Assembly: GCA_051532035.1 (NCBI GenBank)
Contig: JAOPTW010000013.1
Span: 128,001-192,000, forward strand
DNA length: 64,000 nt
DNA from: Fibrobacterales bacterium
GTDB lineage: Bacteria > Fibrobacterota > Fibrobacteria > Fibrobacterales > JAOPTW01
Direction: 5' to 3'
Position numbers and translations under genes: made by a program. Numbering within the stretch: position 1 is the first letter of the stretch; the number at the start of each line of letters is the position of its first letter. The notes under the pieces are model-generated. The model was given only the letters and a program-made list of their open reading frames with translations, searched no databases and was not told where the DNA came from. Shown here piece by piece: positions 42,060 through 52,753 of this stretch.

Positions 42060-45000
42060 TTATCGGTGTGGAACTGCGATGAGTTCACCGGCAAGTTGAG
42101 GTTCTTGCATTTCAATTTCAATTATTTTTTCTAATGCTGCATCACGCGTAAGGCCTGTAAATGACGTTAACTGTAAGTCTGAAGAAAATGCAACGGCATA
42201 ATCTTCTCGTGGAGGGTCGGTATAAAAATCACTCTTTTTGAATAACTTATGCTCAAATGAACGCTGAGTACGGGCTATAGCTGCCCCTTCGACCAAGCGA
42301 GATACCTCGTAGGGTGAGTGTACTTTCTTATCCGCTAAGCGCACCCTTCTTACGATACCACTATCACCCGATGATGTTTCGGGAGGATCATAATCAATTA
42401 TTTCAAAGCTGAGTGGCACATTTTCTGCTTTGCCATCAAATTCCCCTTCCCAATGCCCTTCAGCAGTTAATCCGGATTCAAATTTTTCAAAATCAGAAGC
42501 ACTTAATTTATCTTTCATGCCATCTTTACCCGACAGATCTTTAAAGAACGTAGTGGGGAATTCTGATTTCAATGCTTTTATAGTCGCATCTTCATCACCG
42601 ATTTCCACGCCTTTAATAGTCACCTTATTGATATCATTGGGCTTTGCCGTACCAAAACGTTCAATAGTTTTCTTTAGGGGGAGCACCGTTTGATTAAACG
42701 TTACATCGCCATTAGGCGCTAAATACAGTACGGAATCTTCGCCAAAATCAACAAAAGTTACATCATCATCGCGTCCCTCTGTAATCTCCCAGTTACTGAT
42801 GCGCTCAAGTTCATCACGGAATAGTGGTTCAAGAGCGACTTCTTTCATTGGTTCTTTGCTCTTATCACCCCATTCGACTGATACTTTTGCCGTTACCGAA
42901 CCAAACCAGCCAAGACTGACGCGAACTTTACCATAGACTTTCCATGGTGTTGGTCCCGAAAGTTCACCGTACAGTGACACATCACATAAACTACATCCCC
43001 ATACTTTAACCGAAACGCCACAACTAAAATCTGCGATAAAGGCAAAGGGATCAAATTGGAATAGAGTATTGAATCCGAGATGGCCTGAAACTTTGGCTCC
43101 CGACTTCTTATAGGTTAATGATGCTCGTGCACCTACTTGAACCGTGTTCGAAGTAACAGCAAAATAACTTTCTAATATGACACGCGGGTTCTTCTCATGG
43201 AACACAATAGTCATACGTCGCATTTCTGGAATAGCCAAATAACTCGGTGGTGTATAACTAGGGTGAAAACCACCGGCAGAGATTACAAATGATTTCTGTT
43301 GTCCCCAACTTAATCGTAAACAGAGGTCTCCAAAGAGACCAAATGTGAGAAGTTTTGAATCATAAATTGAAGCATCAAACGAGAGCATGCCTTTATCAAA
43401 ATCGATCACCCCTAAAAAGGCGGCGTTCAATTTAAGGAGTGGTCGTTCTTTGTTTGGAATTGCTGTTTTTAGAATCCCCATAATAGCAATACGTATAGGG
43501 TTCGGAAATTCTACGAGTATACCAGCATCAATAGTGAGAACTGCAGGATTGTTCCATATGATTCGAGCCATCGGGCCTACAACAAACTGATCACTTTTTG
43601 CAGGAAAAAACCGTTGTAAATCACTGAGAACCGCAACCATGTTGCCATCTTCCAAATCAGGGAATGCTATATTATCAATGGCACCAGTTCGCAGTGCACC
43701 CCGAACCTTCTCAACATCCATGGTTCGGTTATACCCAACAAGGCCACCAACACCTTTGAGATAAAAATTGAGGCCCAACGGCACCCCACCAGGGAATTGC
43801 GAGCAGATAACAACAAGGAACGAGTGTTCTCCATTGACCTTCTCAAATATTCCCACAGCCCGGACATCAATAGTGTCAAAGAGATTGAGAGAAAGCCCCC
43901 CATAATATTTATCATTCTCTTCGTCCATAAAAAGGTAGCCTGCCCCCGATACAGACCCAGTATCAAAAGAGACACCGAGTCCTTTAGGCCTTATAATACC
44001 GAGCCCGACATTATTTCCCGCTAAGGTTACATCTGCAATAGTATCATCAGTATCATAACTGCCCGGCTGACCGATATAGGTCTCTATTCCAAAACCATCG
44101 ACATACGCTTCAACGGGACCAAAATCAAATCGAGCACCAATGAACGTAACTGCAATTTTTAAACCTTTCTTGCCACCATTGTCGAGAGGTTCCCGTTCAA
44201 CATCTACCCGCTCTATATAACCAACAGGTCCAATCTTTTTCTGAAAATTAATGCTTTGTATTTGAGGAGCATCATTACCCAATTTAATGAACTCAGAATC
44301 CCAATGTATTGTAATGGTCTCAATTGAAAAATCTGTACCGAATACCATCTCGGCGAGCTCAATTTCTCGTGGTACAAAATCTTCGAGCCCTGGAATCGGT
44401 ATATTGGTTTTGATTGTTGCATCAAGCTCAACGCTCCAGTCTCCTATTGATGAACGGAGTACTTCTACTGCATCAATTTCTACGATAATAACATCAAGAT
44501 CAATTATCAGTGGATTTGCTGCATCATATCGCGCAGTGAGCATACCATTATCATATGAGAGGGCTATCGTTGTATCGTCAACAATGGCTATTGAGCCTTC
44601 GAGGAGTCGAATGGTAGGAGTAAATCGATCAAAATGACATTCAAATTGCGATATAGTACAATCCATTCCAAAAATATCAAAATTCAGTGACTCAGCTAAC
44701 AGTGCAGTCCCTTCATTTCCCTCTATATCAAATTCGATTAACGGAATATTTTCTTGTTCTGGTAGTAATTGAATTGCACCGGTAACCTTAAACGCATCAG
44801 AGATACTTGTAGCTTGAAGGTTAATCTGCAGAGTATATATCGTTACTTCAGCTATACCCAGAAGGTTACATTTCAAGGCACCTTGGTCACTCGACAACGT
44901 AATCCATCGAACGCCATCTTCTAATCTGGTATCAATACCGAAGGTTTCGTTCTCTGCCATTAGAGGCAGATGTACCGAACCCGTAACGCTCAGAGAATTC

Positions 45001-48000
45001 CAATCGATAGCAGTATCTGTAAATGCCAGTGAAAGAGATGTAAGATTAAATGTACATCCTGCAACGGTACGAGAAACATCACCTTGTATTGTTGCAACAG
45101 CAAGACTATTTTCAAGCTTATTAATAGTTGCGGTACACTCTAAATATGGAATAGTTACGCTGCCTAAAATATGCGATGCATCCCAATCAAAGCTTCTATT
45201 ACTAAATACAAAGAGTGATGTTGCTCCGATTTCGATAGTGAGTTCACTTATAGAAACACTAATATCATCCCTAATTCCAACACTTAATGTTCCGTTTTCG
45301 TACACTATTATTGCATCATAGATATCTGAGCCATTGCGAAGCTTGCCACCAAGAGTAAATGGTGCTTCTGTCCACGAGCCTCCAAAAGGAACCTCAAAGT
45401 CAGTAATATCAAGAGAGAATGAATCCCCCTGAAATAGGGTTATTCCTGTTGGATGATCTAATACAATAAAATTTTGCCCACTCCGCTCTATAACTTTGAG
45501 TGGAATCTTTGGGTCATCAATTTTGGCCCATGCAGGTTTAAAACCAAACTCACCCGTACACCCCGTCGGAAAACCATCAGCATTCAACGTGAGTTGTAAC
45601 GAATTGATAGAGGCTGTACCTACCCCAATATCAAATTCTATGGCACCGCTATTTGAAGAAAGGTCTATATAATAGCCGTTCTCTAATACTTGAAAGATAA
45701 AGTCAATATCAAAAGTAGACGCTTCTGTTCCGAAAAGAATTGAGCCTGTATATATCTTCTGAGCAACATCAGTGAGGTTCAGTGTGCCCTTAAACTCAAA
45801 AGGCGCACAACTAACCTCTAAAGAAACTTGAGTGGGGAGTGAGAAATCTAATGCAAAATCTTTACCTGCAATAGTGCACGAATAGAGGTCATTAAAGGAC
45901 GGGTTCTCTAAAAGCTCATGATCACCATAACATACTTTCGGCCCAGTCTCTACAAATGTCAGTTGTACAGGGTCAACCTTAACAATAGCTTCATGAACCT
46001 CAACATAGAGTTCCATCGCTTCAGCATCACCTTCGGGCACACTCCTTGTATGAGGCGTTACTCGATCAATTTCTAAATAGGTGGTATTGACCAGCTTATC
46101 TCCCGAAGAGGCAGCCTCTTCTTCCGGAGTGGTCCAACTTATATCAAAATGGTCTATGTCAAAAGAAGACCCAAACTCGAGCCCTTCTATGGTGATACGT
46201 TTTGGCGCATATTTATCAAGAAATTCTAATGCCACCCCATCTTTCTTGAGTACTTCCATGCTCAATGACCCGATCCAATCAGTACCAACAACTGCGAGCC
46301 CCACATGAGAGACTCCAACAATATACGCTCCAAGAGAAAAGGTTATTGCGGGCTCAGTATCTACTGACACACTCATAGCTCCTTGAGTATATTCTAACGC
46401 GCCTACAACAGAAAGAGCATCGATATCGACGGTAACTGATGCACCAAAGGTCATTTGATCAAACTGTGGCGTCCAATCCGAAAATGGTATTTGTAGGGCA
46501 TTAATTTCACATGCCATATCCAAAATCGTAAAATCACGTTTTGACTCAGCGTTGAGTCCAATGAATCCAGAGGATTGTGCAATTGCTAAATCAAATACTG
46601 GGTAATTATCACTGGCAGAATCTATAAGCAGTGTAACCGTACCGGTAAAGAAGAAACTATCAAGAGGGCTCTCAGCACTCAGATCTATCCCTATTCGTTC
46701 AATATCTATGCGTATAAGATTGTTAATGGTATACTGCATTCCTCCATTATCTGAAGTTATGCCGAGCCAGTTTGTCGCATCGTGGACAAACGATTGTAAC
46801 GAGAACGATGTAAGGCTATTTGGTGGTGTGATGGATCCATCAATCACCAACCGACTCCAATCGATAGTATCGTTTTCAATGGTTATACTGAGGCTTCTAA
46901 ATTCAAACATGAAGCCACCAATATATTTATGCACTGGTGATTCACAAATGAGAGTTGCAGTCATGGTATCATTCTCTGCATCTTTCTCTAACGTCATCTC
47001 TAAACCAAAATACGGTAGCACTATTGATGCTGAAATATCCATAGCATCCCAATCAAGCCCACTACCATTCAGTACAAGTGTTGTACCAGCATCAAGCGTG
47101 ATCAGTGCACCAAACCGTTCTAAGGCAAGTGCTTGGAGTAATGTTAACCTGAGTGCATTCTTTTCATAGACCGCATCAAAGAAGAGTTCTGTTCCTTTGT
47201 AAGAGACTTCAAGCCCCATATCCAGTCCATCAAGACTAAAAGTGGTGCCAAAAGGAATTTCAAAATGAGTCAGTTTACAAGAGAAATCATCACCAATAGT
47301 AAACGAAAGATCGCCTCCCTCTAGGCAGAGAAAGGTTTCTCCATTGCGTTGCTCAGTGCGTATCCGTATGTCAGTATCTATAGGCATCCATGTAGGACGA
47401 AGCGCTATATCTGCAGTCGTTCCCGTTGTCGGTATTCCTGATGCATCAAGTACTAAGGTAAGACCATAAATGGTTGCTTCGCCAATCCCAAGATTTACCG
47501 CTATTCCACTGTTAATATCAAGAGCAAGGGTGTATCCCCCAGCATCGTGAATCGTGAATGAGCATCCTACCGAAACTCCTTCAATGGTAATCTCACCACT
47601 ATAGTTCTGAGCATCCGATCCGAGCTCTACTCGCGCCGTTGCCTCAAAAAGTGAACAGGCAATATCGAGTTGCAGAGCCGTTGGCCCACAGGTATCAATA
47701 CTAATATCGTTATCGAGTAGATCAAACGTGGTTAGAGCACTATCCTGTAACGGGTTTTTATCTGGTGCACCACCGTACATCTGGAGGCCAAAGTTTTCGA
47801 CTCTACAGGTAACGGGACCTATAGTAAGAGTCGCCCAGTCGATAATTGCTTTGAGTAACACCCCTTTAATATCATCAGGATCAATATCTTCTTTGGTTAA
47901 AATCAGGTTACCCATATCGGCACTGACTGCTGGGAGGCTGAGATTGAATGAGCCACCCTCTGATAGTTTAAATTCGGGGAGGCTCGGAAAAGAAACACCT

Positions 48001-51000
48001 AAATCGCCAAAGCTAAAGCTACTACTCGAACCGCTGCTTGAGCCACTGCCAAAGCTAAATCCTTCAATAGATAGCCCATCGGGTATGAGGTTTCCAATAG
48101 TTGGAATAGAAATGTGAGAGTCTACCGACGCATCAAGATCCAAATCCCAATCGCCATCGGTACGAGACACTTCTAACTTCTGTACAGTAAACGTTGCAAT
48201 ATCATCAAGAGTAAACGATCGGTTACCTTCAAGGGTAACGGTAAAATCACCGGCAGCATAATTGAGGCTCCCCACTACCGCACTCACCGTACCTGCTTCA
48301 CCTGCAATGAGTACAGATCCGACAATAGTAAGATCGAGTGGTTGTGGTACAAAATTAACAATCGGAAGTGAAAGTTCGGTAATAGTACAGTGCATTCCTG
48401 CAATGGTAAGGGTAATATCGTGATCGATACTTATGGTACCGTCACTTCCCTGTAGTTCAAAATCAAAAGACGGGTTATCCGATCCGTCGGTATTTAATAG
48501 AATTTCGACGTTCCCTTCAATAAAGAAGGACTCTTCTGGTGAAGATGCTCCCAGGTAGATGCCCATTCTTTCAATAGTCACTTTGACGACACTATTAATA
48601 TCAAATAAGGGAAGTGGATTTCCGTCAGATCCCTCAATACCAATCCATTTAATACCATTGTGAGTAAATGGTTCAAAAGAGAATCCAGGGTCTAAATCAG
48701 GAAGGAGGTCACCCATCTGTGGCGGTACAATATCACCATCTATAGCAAGACTCCCCCAGTCAAATTCACCATTAACAAGTGCGATACTCGCTGAACGAAG
48801 TGTCGCTTCGCACCCACAAAAAGAGACCGCATGTGCAGGACTACAGGTCACGCTATAGACTGACACGCCAGCACTTTGATCAAGCTGCAATTCAAGTCCC
48901 AACACTGGGAGAACCACTGTAGCCTGTATCTCCATTTTATTCCAGTCAAGACCAGAGTCATTAAAGATAAGAGTCGTACCCGAACCAAGGGTTACTTGAA
49001 TGCCAAATTTATCGACCGCTAAGTCTTGTAACAAAGTAATCACAATCGACTGATTAATATACTCAATGGATACTGGAAGGTTTGCATTTCCTCCATACCC
49101 TAAGGTTATAGCGATATCAATATCTGAAGCGCTCCACTCCTCTCCAAACGGTATTTTAAAACGAGTTATTGTAACGTCAAAACCACCGATTTCAAAAGAG
49201 ACTGGTGAGCGAAGTGTCACATACTGTACTCCACTTTCTTGCACTACTCCGAGTGAGAGAGATTTGCCCGAAGGAAACCATGATGGTGTCATTACTATAT
49301 CTGCAGTGGTATCAGCTGTAGGAATCCCATTTTGATCAAGAACCAACGAGAGACTATTCAAGCTTACTCGACCAATAGCAAGATCGATATCTATTCCCGT
49401 CGCTGAGGTTAGGTCAAGCTGATACCCCGTTTCGGTAATGGCAAAGGTAAAAGAGCCTTCAGCATTCGCTGCACCAACTCTGAGGGTGCCTACGTACGTA
49501 TCAAGTATGCTATTGTATTCAAGGCGTCCTCGCGCTTCTATAGGCGAACAATTAACCTCAAGAGTTATGGCCTGAGGACCTGCGGTATCAAAAGCAATGC
49601 TTTGATCTAATAATTCAAATTGTGTGAGCGGATTTCCGGGTATAGCCTCTGGTGCCCCTAAATATACTTGTACTCCAAAGTCTTCTGCGGTAAACGAGAC
49701 CGGGCCAACAGTGAGTTGTGCTTGGTCTATTAATGCCTTGAGCAGTATACCTCTCATATCGTCAGGAGTAATAATCTCTTTGGTCAGCTTCACATTGCCC
49801 AGTGAAAAGTCTCCAATATCAGGAAGGTTAAATGACCCTGAGTCACTATCAGATAAAGAAAAGAGTGACCCCGATCCAAAATCTATTTTAAGGTCGTTCA
49901 GATTAAATCCAAAATCAAACCCCGGTCCCCCACTGCCTTTACCTGATCCAAACCCAAAGGAGAGCCCTTCGAGTGAGAGAGATTTGGGAAGAACGTCGCC
50001 CAATGAAGGCTTCGAAAGCATTGGTTCAACTGTTACATCAATATCAAAACCCCAGCCCGCAGGAGACTTACTCACGGAAACACTCGAAAGTTCTATATCG
50101 GCAATTGAATCAATGGAAATGGTTCTATTGCCTGCAAGGGTACCCGTAAAAAGTGCATCTGCATATGAGAGCGAAAGAGTAATAGCTTCTGGTGTACCTA
50201 CACCATACACAACCATAGAACCATCAAAGGTGAGGGCTGCAGGCTGTGGCACCCAATCGATAAATGGCAGTGAGAGTGTGGTTATCTCACCGGTAACCGT
50301 ACCAATAGTAAAAGGAATGGGCGCAACGGTACTGATTGAACCATCAGATCCGTCAATAGTAAAAGCAAAGAGTGGGTTTGAATCAGACTCTTGTTCAATG
50401 AGTATCTCGACCGTCCCCGTAATAGAAAACAGAGTATCAATAGAGTCAGACCCAAGGTCCATACCCATTGAAATAATCTTAACCCGTACAATGTCGCGGA
50501 GCGTTGTCTCAGGCTTAGAATCACTCGACTCCGCAATGCCCAACCACTCTTTTGCATCACGCGTAAACGATTCAAGATCGAAAAAGTCGTCCATATTCGG
50601 TGGTGATATTTTCCCAACAATTGAGAGAGAATCCCAATCAAAGTCACCATCTACCGTTGATACACTGACGCTACTCAGCTCAACGGCAACACCTAATTCT
50701 CCACCAAATTGTTTTATAAACGGTGGATCAAAGGTCGCGCTATAGGTCGTCTGATCCCCTTCTTTATCAAGGGTCAGGGCAATGTCAAGATATGGAAGGA
50801 GTACGGTCGCCTCTACATCCATAGCATCCCAATCTAACCCAGAATCATTAAAAACGAGAGTGGTTCCCCGCTTGAGTGTCACATCAAGAGTCCCATTAGT
50901 AACCGTACTGTCTTGAATGAGAGTAACAATAAGACTATCATCTTCTATAGAAACAGTAACGGGTAACGGAGTACCATTATATTGAAGGGTCGCTTCAATT

Positions 51001-52454
51001 TCTAAATCAGAAATTTTTAACGGTATTGAAAGCGGCAATGAAAGTTTTGAAACCGTGAGGGAAAAGAGATCAAAGGTAAGAGAGATTTCTTCGGAGAGGC
51101 TTACAAAGTAATGACCACCCAGTTCACTGATAGTAACAGGTATATCCCGAGGCATGGTTGGGAAATGAAGAGCCAATTGTGAATCGCTCGCTACGCCAAT
51201 CGTTCCCGATGGAGTATACGATACGGTAACCTGTTGTATAATAAATGAAAAGAGAGAAAAGTCGAGTGTAACAGCCTCACTCCCTTCCATAGTCAGAAGA
51301 TACTGGCCTTCACCTTTTGCAAGGGTCACACCAATACTGTTTGCCGACCCCGCAATACCAATAGCCCCTGCTATTGTTGATTGTTCCCATACGACACCAT
51401 CTTTGTTGAGTGCTAACTGAAAGTCGGTATGGAGGCTGAGCACAAACCATCCCAGCATGAGTTGTGGCTCTACACTCTCTTTGAGTCGAATAATAAAAAT
51501 GCCGTTATTTTCAGAGATGGTTATAGGTATATAACTGTCAATATCTACAGCATCCGGAAGACTGGAGGTATCATTAGAATAATCAGGAAACCCAGGAAGC
51601 TTAATCTGTGCATCAGTACTAAACGCAGTTATGGTATTATGTAAGAGAGTGATAGCTACGGTACTTATAGAAAACCGGACATCGTGACAGTTAAGCTCTA
51701 ATGGTTGCGCAACAGTAAAAGTACCGCTCCCGCTAAACCCCTGAGCAGTTATGCTACAGTTGGTCAGTATGATATCAGGTAAAAATGAAGGCCCATCTAA
51801 AAACTGCAGTGTACATTCATCTACCGAAATACCCGCGTTTGGCCCGGTAAGGGTTATGGTAAATTCATTGGCTTGCACCGATATGAGCTCATTTAAGAGA
51901 TGTATATGGGGTAAATTCACAGCAGAGCATACAAGGGTATTGGGGAGCGAGGCATTTTGTGCTGCAGAAATAGTACCTGCAGACACCTGAAAAGCTCCAT
52001 TTACATAGCCGACACTCAGAGAGGCTGTTGTGGAAAACCGAATATTTTCACCGGACCTATTTATTGCAGAGAGGAGTGCTGTGCCAGCGGAAAGAGTAAA
52101 TGTGAGATCATTAATTGAAAACCAAATATCGGCTGATGCAAGTTCAACTTCAAAGTTTTCTACTGTCAAAGGTGCGTTATTAAATACGATCCGCAATGAA
52201 CAATCAATTGATTGAGCACCACTTATAGCAGCAGACAATAATGAGCATTCAGGAAATGTTATAATGCTCTCTGCATCAAGGTCTATTGTCCCAGAATACT
52301 CAAAGACTTCATGAGTGATTTCATCAGCATCGCCGATAAGATCGAGTATCGCAATAGCAATTTCTGTATTGTCTACTACAGAATCTGAGCCTGAGAAAAG
52401 TGATTCGATTCGAGTGCGAACAAGTGAGTGAACGCTTCCGTATATAATTGACAT
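42060..52454 (-). CDS. Giant beta-rich protein with ~630-aa internal repeats and a C-terminal DUF6603-like region; gene 1 of the operon
   Basis: 3464 aa. C-terminal PKGLGVS...GAGYL, GVGGLVGYNR, SAGGFHPSY, YFAVTSNTVQVGA, LFQFDPF, LSGPTPW recognised as DUF6603-like from memory. Confidence 0.82.
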   Translation of the reverse strand: MSIIYGSVHSLVRTRIESLFSGSDSVVDNTEIAIAILDLIGDADEITHEVFEYSGTIDLDAESIITFPECSLLSAAISGAQSIDCSLRIVFNNAPLTVENFEVELASADIWFSINDLTFTLSAGTALLSAINRSGENIRFSTTASLSVGYVNGAFQVSAGTISAAQNASLPNTLVCSAVNLPHIHLLNELISVQANEFTITLTGPNAGISVDECTLQFLDGPSFLPDIILTNCSITAQGFSGSGTFTVAQPLELNCHDVRFSISTVAITLLHNTITAFSTDAQIKLPGFPDYSNDTSSLPDAVDIDSYIPITISENNGIFIIRLKESVEPQLMLGWFVLSLHTDFQLALNKDGVVWEQSTIAGAIGIAGSANSIGVTLAKGEGQYLLTMEGSEAVTLDFSLFSFIIQQVTVSYTPSGTIGVASDSQLALHFPTMPRDIPVTISELGGHYFVSLSEEISLTFDLFSLTVSKLSLPLSIPLKISDLEIEATLQYNGTPLPVTVSIEDDSLIVTLIQDSTVTNGTLDVTLKRGTTLVFNDSGLDWDAMDVEATVLLPYLDIALTLDKEGDQTTYSATFDPPFIKQFGGELGVAVELSSVSVSTVDGDFDWDSLSIVGKISPPNMDDFFDLESFTRDAKEWLGIAESSDSKPETTLRDIVRVKIISMGMDLGSDSIDTLFSITGTVEILIEQESDSNPLFAFTIDGSDGSISTVAPIPFTIGTVTGEITTLSLPFIDWVPQPAALTFDGSMVVYGVGTPEAITLSLSYADALFTGTLAGNRTISIDSIADIELSSVSVSKSPAGWGFDIDVTVEPMLSKPSLGDVLPKSLSLEGLSFGFGSGKGSGGPGFDFGFNLNDLKIDFGSGSLFSLSDSDSGSFNLPDIGDFSLGNVKLTKEIITPDDMRGILLKALIDQAQLTVGPVSFTAEDFGVQVYLGAPEAIPGNPLTQFELLDQSIAFDTAGPQAITLEVNCSPIEARGRLEYNSILDTYVGTLRVGAANAEGSFTFAITETGYQLDLTSATGIDIDLAIGRVSLNSLSLVLDQNGIPTADTTADIVMTPSWFPSGKSLSLGVVQESGVQYVTLRSPVSFEIGGFDVTITRFKIPFGEEWSASDIDIAITLGYGGNANLPVSIEYINQSIVITLLQDLAVDKFGIQVTLGSGTTLIFNDSGLDWNKMEIQATVVLPVLGLELQLDQSAGVSVYSVTCSPAHAVSFCGCEATLRSASIALVNGEFDWGSLAIDGDIVPPQMGDLLPDLDPGFSFEPFTHNGIKWIGIEGSDGNPLPLFDINSVVKVTIERMGIYLGASSPEESFFIEGNVEILLNTDGSDNPSFDFELQGSDGTISIDHDITLTIAGMHCTITELSLPIVNFVPQPLDLTIVGSVLIAGEAGTVSAVVGSLNYAAGDFTVTLEGNRSFTLDDIATFTVQKLEVSRTDGDWDLDLDASVDSHISIPTIGNLIPDGLSIEGFSFGSGSSSGSSSSFSFGDLGVSFPSLPEFKLSEGGSFNLSLPAVSADMGNLILTKEDIDPDDIKGVLLKAIIDWATLTIGPVTCRVENFGLQMYGGAPDKNPLQDSALTTFDLLDNDISIDTCGPTALQLDIACSLFEATARVELGSDAQNYSGEITIEGVSVGCSFTIHDAGGYTLALDINSGIAVNLGIGEATIYGLTLVLDASGIPTTGTTADIALRPTWMPIDTDIRIRTEQRNGETFLCLEGGDLSFTIGDDFSCKLTHFEIPFGTTFSLDGLDMGLEVSYKGTELFFDAVYEKNALRLTLLQALALERFGALITLDAGTTLVLNGSGLDWDAMDISASIVLPYFGLEMTLEKDAENDTMTATLICESPVHKYIGGFMFEFRSLSITIENDTIDWSRLVIDGSITPPNSLTSFSLQSFVHDATNWLGITSDNGGMQYTINNLIRIDIERIGIDLSAESPLDSFFFTGTVTLLIDSASDNYPVFDLAIAQSSGFIGLNAESKRDFTILDMACEINALQIPFSDWTPQFDQMTFGASVTVDIDALSVVGALEYTQGAMSVSVDTEPAITFSLGAYIVGVSHVGLAVVGTDWIGSLSMEVLKKDGVALEFLDKYAPKRITIEGLEFGSSFDIDHFDISWTTPEEEAASSGDKLVNTTYLEIDRVTPHTRSVPEGDAEAMELYVEVHEAIVKVDPVQLTFVETGPKVCYGDHELLENPSFNDLYSCTIAGKDFALDFSLPTQVSLEVSCAPFEFKGTLNLTDVAQKIYTGSILFGTEASTFDIDFIFQVLENGYYIDLSSNSGAIEFDIGVGTASINSLQLTLNADGFPTGCTGEFGFKPAWAKIDDPKIPLKVIERSGQNFIVLDHPTGITLFQGDSFSLDITDFEVPFGGSWTEAPFTLGGKLRNGSDIYDAIIVYENGTLSVGIRDDISVSISELTIEIGATSLFVFSNRSFDWDASHILGSVTIPYLECTATINKLENSLAVATIQGDVSRTVAGCTFNLTSLSLAFTDTAIDWNSLSVTGSVHLPLMAENETFGIDTRLEDGVRWITLSSDQGALKCNLLGIAEVTIYTLQINLQATSISDAFKVTGAIQLLPEQENIPLIEFDIEGNEGTALLAESLNFDIFGMDCTISQFECHFDRFTPTIRLLEGSIAIVDDTTIALSYDNGMLTARYDAANPLIIDLDVIIVEIDAVEVLRSSIGDWSVELDATIKTNIPIPGLEDFVPREIELAEMVFGTDFSIETITIHWDSEFIKLGNDAPQIQSINFQKKIGPVGYIERVDVEREPLDNGGKKGLKIAVTFIGARFDFGPVEAYVDGFGIETYIGQPGSYDTDDTIADVTLAGNNVGLGIIRPKGLGVSFDTGSVSGAGYLFMDEENDKYYGGLSLNLFDTIDVRAVGIFEKVNGEHSFLVVICSQFPGGVPLGLNFYLKGVGGLVGYNRTMDVEKVRGALRTGAIDNIAFPDLEDGNMVAVLSDLQRFFPAKSDQFVVGPMARIIWNNPAVLTIDAGILVEFPNPIRIAIMGILKTAIPNKERPLLKLNAAFLGVIDFDKGMLSFDASIYDSKLLTFGLFGDLCLRLSWGQQKSFVISAGGFHPSYTPPSYLAIPEMRRMTIVFHEKNPRVILESYFAVTSNTVQVGARASLTYKKSGAKVSGHLGFNTLFQFDPFAFIADFSCGVSVKVWGCSLCDVSLYGELSGPTPWKVYGKVRVSLGWFGSVTAKVSVEWGDKSKEPMKEVALEPLFRDELERISNWEITEGRDDDVTFVDFGEDSVLYLAPNGDVTFNQTVLPLKKTIERFGTAKPNDINKVTIKGVEIGDEDATIKALKSEFPTTFFKDLSGKDGMKDKLSASDFEKFESGLTAEGHWEGEFDGKAENVPLSFEIIDYDPPETSSGDSGIVRRVRLADKKVHSPYEVSRLVEGAAIARTQRSFEHKLFKKSDFYTDPPREDYAVAFSSDLQLTSFTGLTRDAALEKIIEIEMQEPQLAGELIAVPHR

Positions 52455-52691
52455 TTATAACCCCGCAAAAAGATGCAATGTTAAAATATATAAAGTTCCT
52501 CAAACTTTAAAATGAGCGCTTTGTTAAATTAAGGATACAATAAGGTGCCTATTATAGCCATATTTGGCCATTCCACTGATATAATCTATTGTCTTGTGAC
52601 TAATTAACACATACGTGATCTTTTTCTAAGTAACGTTATACGCTTACTCCAAGCCAGCACCCATAAGAAGGTAATATTAAAACACACTATA

Positions 52692-52719
52692 AGAGCCTCC
52701 ATGTTACTATGGGGGCTCT
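52692..52719 (-). terminator. Probable terminator hairpin
   Basis: AGAGCCTCCAT-GTTACT-ATGGGGGCTCT just downstream of the 52754 stop; weak U-tail. Confidence 0.55.
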
Positions 52720-52753
52720 ATTCCTTTGCTATACAATAAATACTCACTCCATT

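Noticed and set aside
49624..50745. 373-aa plus-strand ORF and other antisense ORFs within large genes
   Set aside because: These are shadow ORFs antisense to well-supported long CDSs.
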